Of a stretch of 64,000 nucleotides of DNA, positions 61,791 to 64,000 are shown piece after piece. Both the position numbers and the translations under genes were made by a program. The notes below the pieces were generated by a model. The model ran no database searches. It saw only the letters and a list, made by a program, of their open reading frames with translations, and was not told the origin of the DNA. Position 1 is the stretch's first letter. The number at the start of each line of letters is the position of its first letter. Source of the stretch: a virus; the IMG/VR virus record IMGVR_UViG_3300026097_000980, positions 64,001 to 128,000 of that record. The stretch is one strand, 5' to 3'.

Positions 61791-61808
61791 GACCTTTATT
61801 TACGTCAT

Positions 61809-61838
61809 AAAAAAAGGGCAATAAAATTATTGCCCTTC
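61809..61838 (-). terminator. intrinsic terminator
   Basis: AAGGGCAATAA-T-TTTATTGCCCTTTTTT. Confidence 0.7.
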
Positions 61839-61859
61839 TTCGTAATAGTTTAAAAACTA

Positions 61860-62306
61860 TTAAGCGAAAGTACCGCCAGTAAGTGTGACTTCAGTGATAG
61901 CCACGTCGTCAGCTGACTGACCTAGTGCAGAAGCAACTGCTTCTTCCATGCTTTCGAAAGTAGTGTTTCCAGTATCGTCTGTACCACCGTATGCAGAAGC
62001 ACCACGTCCGCCTCTGTTTACTGTGTTTGCATTGACAATTACAGTAATAAAGTTAGAAGCCGGAACACCAATGTAATAAACTTCAGCAAAGCCTTGAACT
62101 GCATTGATAATCTTTTGAAGATTTGAGTTTGCAGCCGCTGGTGTAGTAGTTTCGTCTACTGCTGTAGAAACAATTTTAAGAGCTGTAAGTTGTGGTGTAC
62201 CAAAACGAGTGTATGGTCCAACACCTGAAGCTCCGTCGCCTAAAATTTTACGGTTGTTAGCACCGAGGGTAGTTGATCCTACCACTGTTGAATATAGATC
62301 TGCCAT
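61860..62306 (-). CDS. putative virion structural protein
   Basis: Ala/Gly/Thr-rich; strong SD; TAAATA promoter; own terminator. Confidence 0.5.
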   Translation of the reverse strand: MADLYSTVVGSTTLGANNRKILGDGASGVGPYTRFGTPQLTALKIVSTAVDETTTPAAANSNLQKIINAVQGFAEVYYIGVPASNFITVIVNANTVNRGGRGASAYGGTDDTGNTTFESMEEAVASALGQSADDVAITEVTLTGGTFA

Positions 62307-62400
62307 GATATTTCTCCTTCTCTTATCATTAGCCTCGCTCAGAGACTGGCATAGTATTTAGCAATTTTGTAATATTTCAAGGAGATAGGTTTGTTTTTGA

Positions 62401-63513
62401 TCAGTTCAGTGTGAATCTTTTGCGAGGGACCAGCTTGACTTTTTCGCCATGTTTGACATACCCTTCTCCGCCTTTCTCTGAACCTATGTTTGCTATAACA
62501 TCGCCTTCAGCGGCATCTAGTTCGCGAATAACTTCGTCTTTGGCTGACATAATCTGTCTTACCAAGTCGATAATATCTGCGGTTATGTCTTCAACAGTAT
62601 TATCATTCTTCACAACAAATTCTTGTGCTAGGTCGAGAACTCGCTGTCTTTTTGGATCAGTAAGTTTGGCTTCTTCTTTTTGCAAATAATCTAAGAATGA
62701 CTCTTTGCTGAGATCATCCAGCCTACGCTGTTTGCCCATATAGTTTACATAACGATAGAATATTTCTTGTATGTCGGCTAAGCCTTTTCTTGGAGCAAAG
62801 AACTCTTTTATTCTGGATTGAACTTTTTTAGCTTTTGCATCTATATTATCTAAATTTTCTACGTCAACTTCTGGCTTGCTGTCAACATATGTTTGTCCTA
62901 ACACCGCAACATCACCTTTAAACAAATCTTGTCCGTCGAATGGTTTGCCTTGTTTAGACCCAAACTCGTCAAATATTGCAGTAGCTGCCACAGCGGCTTT
63001 TTTACCTTGAAGTTTTGCACCGACTTCGCTGTCAGTTTTGACTGTGTAGGTTACTTTATTTGGTGTAAACACGATGCTTCCATCTGTTGATTGTGCAGGT
63101 CTTCCTGGATGAAACAGTATGTCTGCATATACAAATCCACGAAAGTCTTTTGGAGTTGCACTTTCAAATATTGGCCACAGTGCCGCCATATCGCCTGCAA
63201 ACTTTTCACGCCATTCTTCGCCCTTACCAGTCGATAAAATAAAGTCTGCTAGATCATCTGCACTGGTTGTTTTGTTTCTTCCCCAGCCATTCTTTCCTGT
63301 GAGAATAAATGTTCCGTCACTGTCTCTGCCCCAGTACATTGTGGGATACCCGTCCCACTTCACAGCGACATCTTTAGCGCCTTGTTCCATATTTCGTAGT
63401 ATTTCTACAGCACGAACAGCACCGTTCTCTGGATCTGTAAACACTAGGTCTTCTAGGTGATTAAACTCTCTACCTACTTTTTTAGCTTCTGTTAGGATTT
63501 CAAACGCTCTCAT
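62401..63513 (-). CDS. conserved T4-like protein (HLED...VKWDG.P...GEGYV)
   Basis: KWDG and EGYV resemble ligase/nucleotidyltransferase motifs; MRAFEILTE N-terminus. Confidence 0.5.
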   Translation of the reverse strand: MRAFEILTEAKKVGREFNHLEDLVFTDPENGAVRAVEILRNMEQGAKDVAVKWDGYPTMYWGRDSDGTFILTGKNGWGRNKTTSADDLADFILSTGKGEEWREKFAGDMAALWPIFESATPKDFRGFVYADILFHPGRPAQSTDGSIVFTPNKVTYTVKTDSEVGAKLQGKKAAVAATAIFDEFGSKQGKPFDGQDLFKGDVAVLGQTYVDSKPEVDVENLDNIDAKAKKVQSRIKEFFAPRKGLADIQEIFYRYVNYMGKQRRLDDLSKESFLDYLQKEEAKLTDPKRQRVLDLAQEFVVKNDNTVEDITADIIDLVRQIMSAKDEVIRELDAAEGDVIANIGSEKGGEGYVKHGEKVKLVPRKRFTLN

Positions 63514-63710
63514 TAAATTGCCTTCTCACCTGTTAGATGCGGCATCGAAAACCAAAGTTTGAACCATTCGGGTGTACCTGGTTTAATATTGTGTTTCTTT
63601 TCGAGTCGTTGTTTTTCTGTGCCTGTAATTGAAAGGTTCTCAGGAACATATTCAGTGTATCCTTTAAACTCGTTAACCCCTGCTAATTTTTTAAGTTCGT
63701 TTATGGTCAT
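63513..63710 (-). CDS. small hypothetical protein
   Basis: ELKKLAG...IKPGTPEWFKLWF. Confidence 0.5.
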   Translation of the reverse strand: MTINELKKLAGVNEFKGYTEYVPENLSITGTEKQRLEKKHNIKPGTPEWFKLWFSMPHLTGEKAI

Positions 63711-64000
63711 GATACTATATCTATCATCGATCTCATCCAGCCGATAGTTCCGGGTTGGAAAGATTCTATCTGTTTGTGACTGGGCAGTTCAATGCCTTGC
63801 TTGCCTAGTGTTTCTCTAGCATCCACTGTGAGTTCTTCATAGTTAGGAAGCTTTTTAATAAAGTCCATAATCTTTGGAAAGCTCATTGCGATTTCTGCTG
63901 TGGCTGTTGGCCCTAGCAAAATCTTTGCAATTTGATTAGGGTCTTTTGTAATAACTTCATTGGTTGCTCTGTCAACAAGTCCTTGGGTGTAGCTCCACTT

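Overview
This window is a segment of a large T4-like (myovirus/jumbo-type) phage genome, probably marine. It is densely coded, mostly on the - strand. Phage hallmarks include nrdAB with glutaredoxin, a gp4-like head-completion nuclease, PAAR, fibre/spike proteins, a SleB hydrolase and T4-late-like TAAATA promoters. It carries many host-derived genes (metK, ahcY, glyA, guaC, sdhB, cytochrome c, hemO, pcyX, groES/EL, hsp20, clpS, rpoZ, rpsU, rubrerythrin, peroxiredoxin), 9 intact tRNAs and a permuted two-piece tmRNA. A 12-kb island of modification enzymes (2OG-Fe/cupin oxygenases, two radical SAM enzymes, pseudokinase, GNAT, transglutaminase-like protein) surrounds a fibre gene. The most striking unannotated signal is a complete ribosome-dependent transcription attenuator (23413-23612) in front of the tRNA array. 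Its leaderless 34-aa leader peptide contains every amino acid whose tRNA lies downstream (N, P, W, Y, F, G, C), followed by mutually exclusive antiterminator/terminator hairpins. This looks like a phage sensor of tRNA depletion that switches on the phage's own tRNAs. A second, related Leu attenuator lies at 46081-46188. All calls come from reading motifs by eye; no searches were run.
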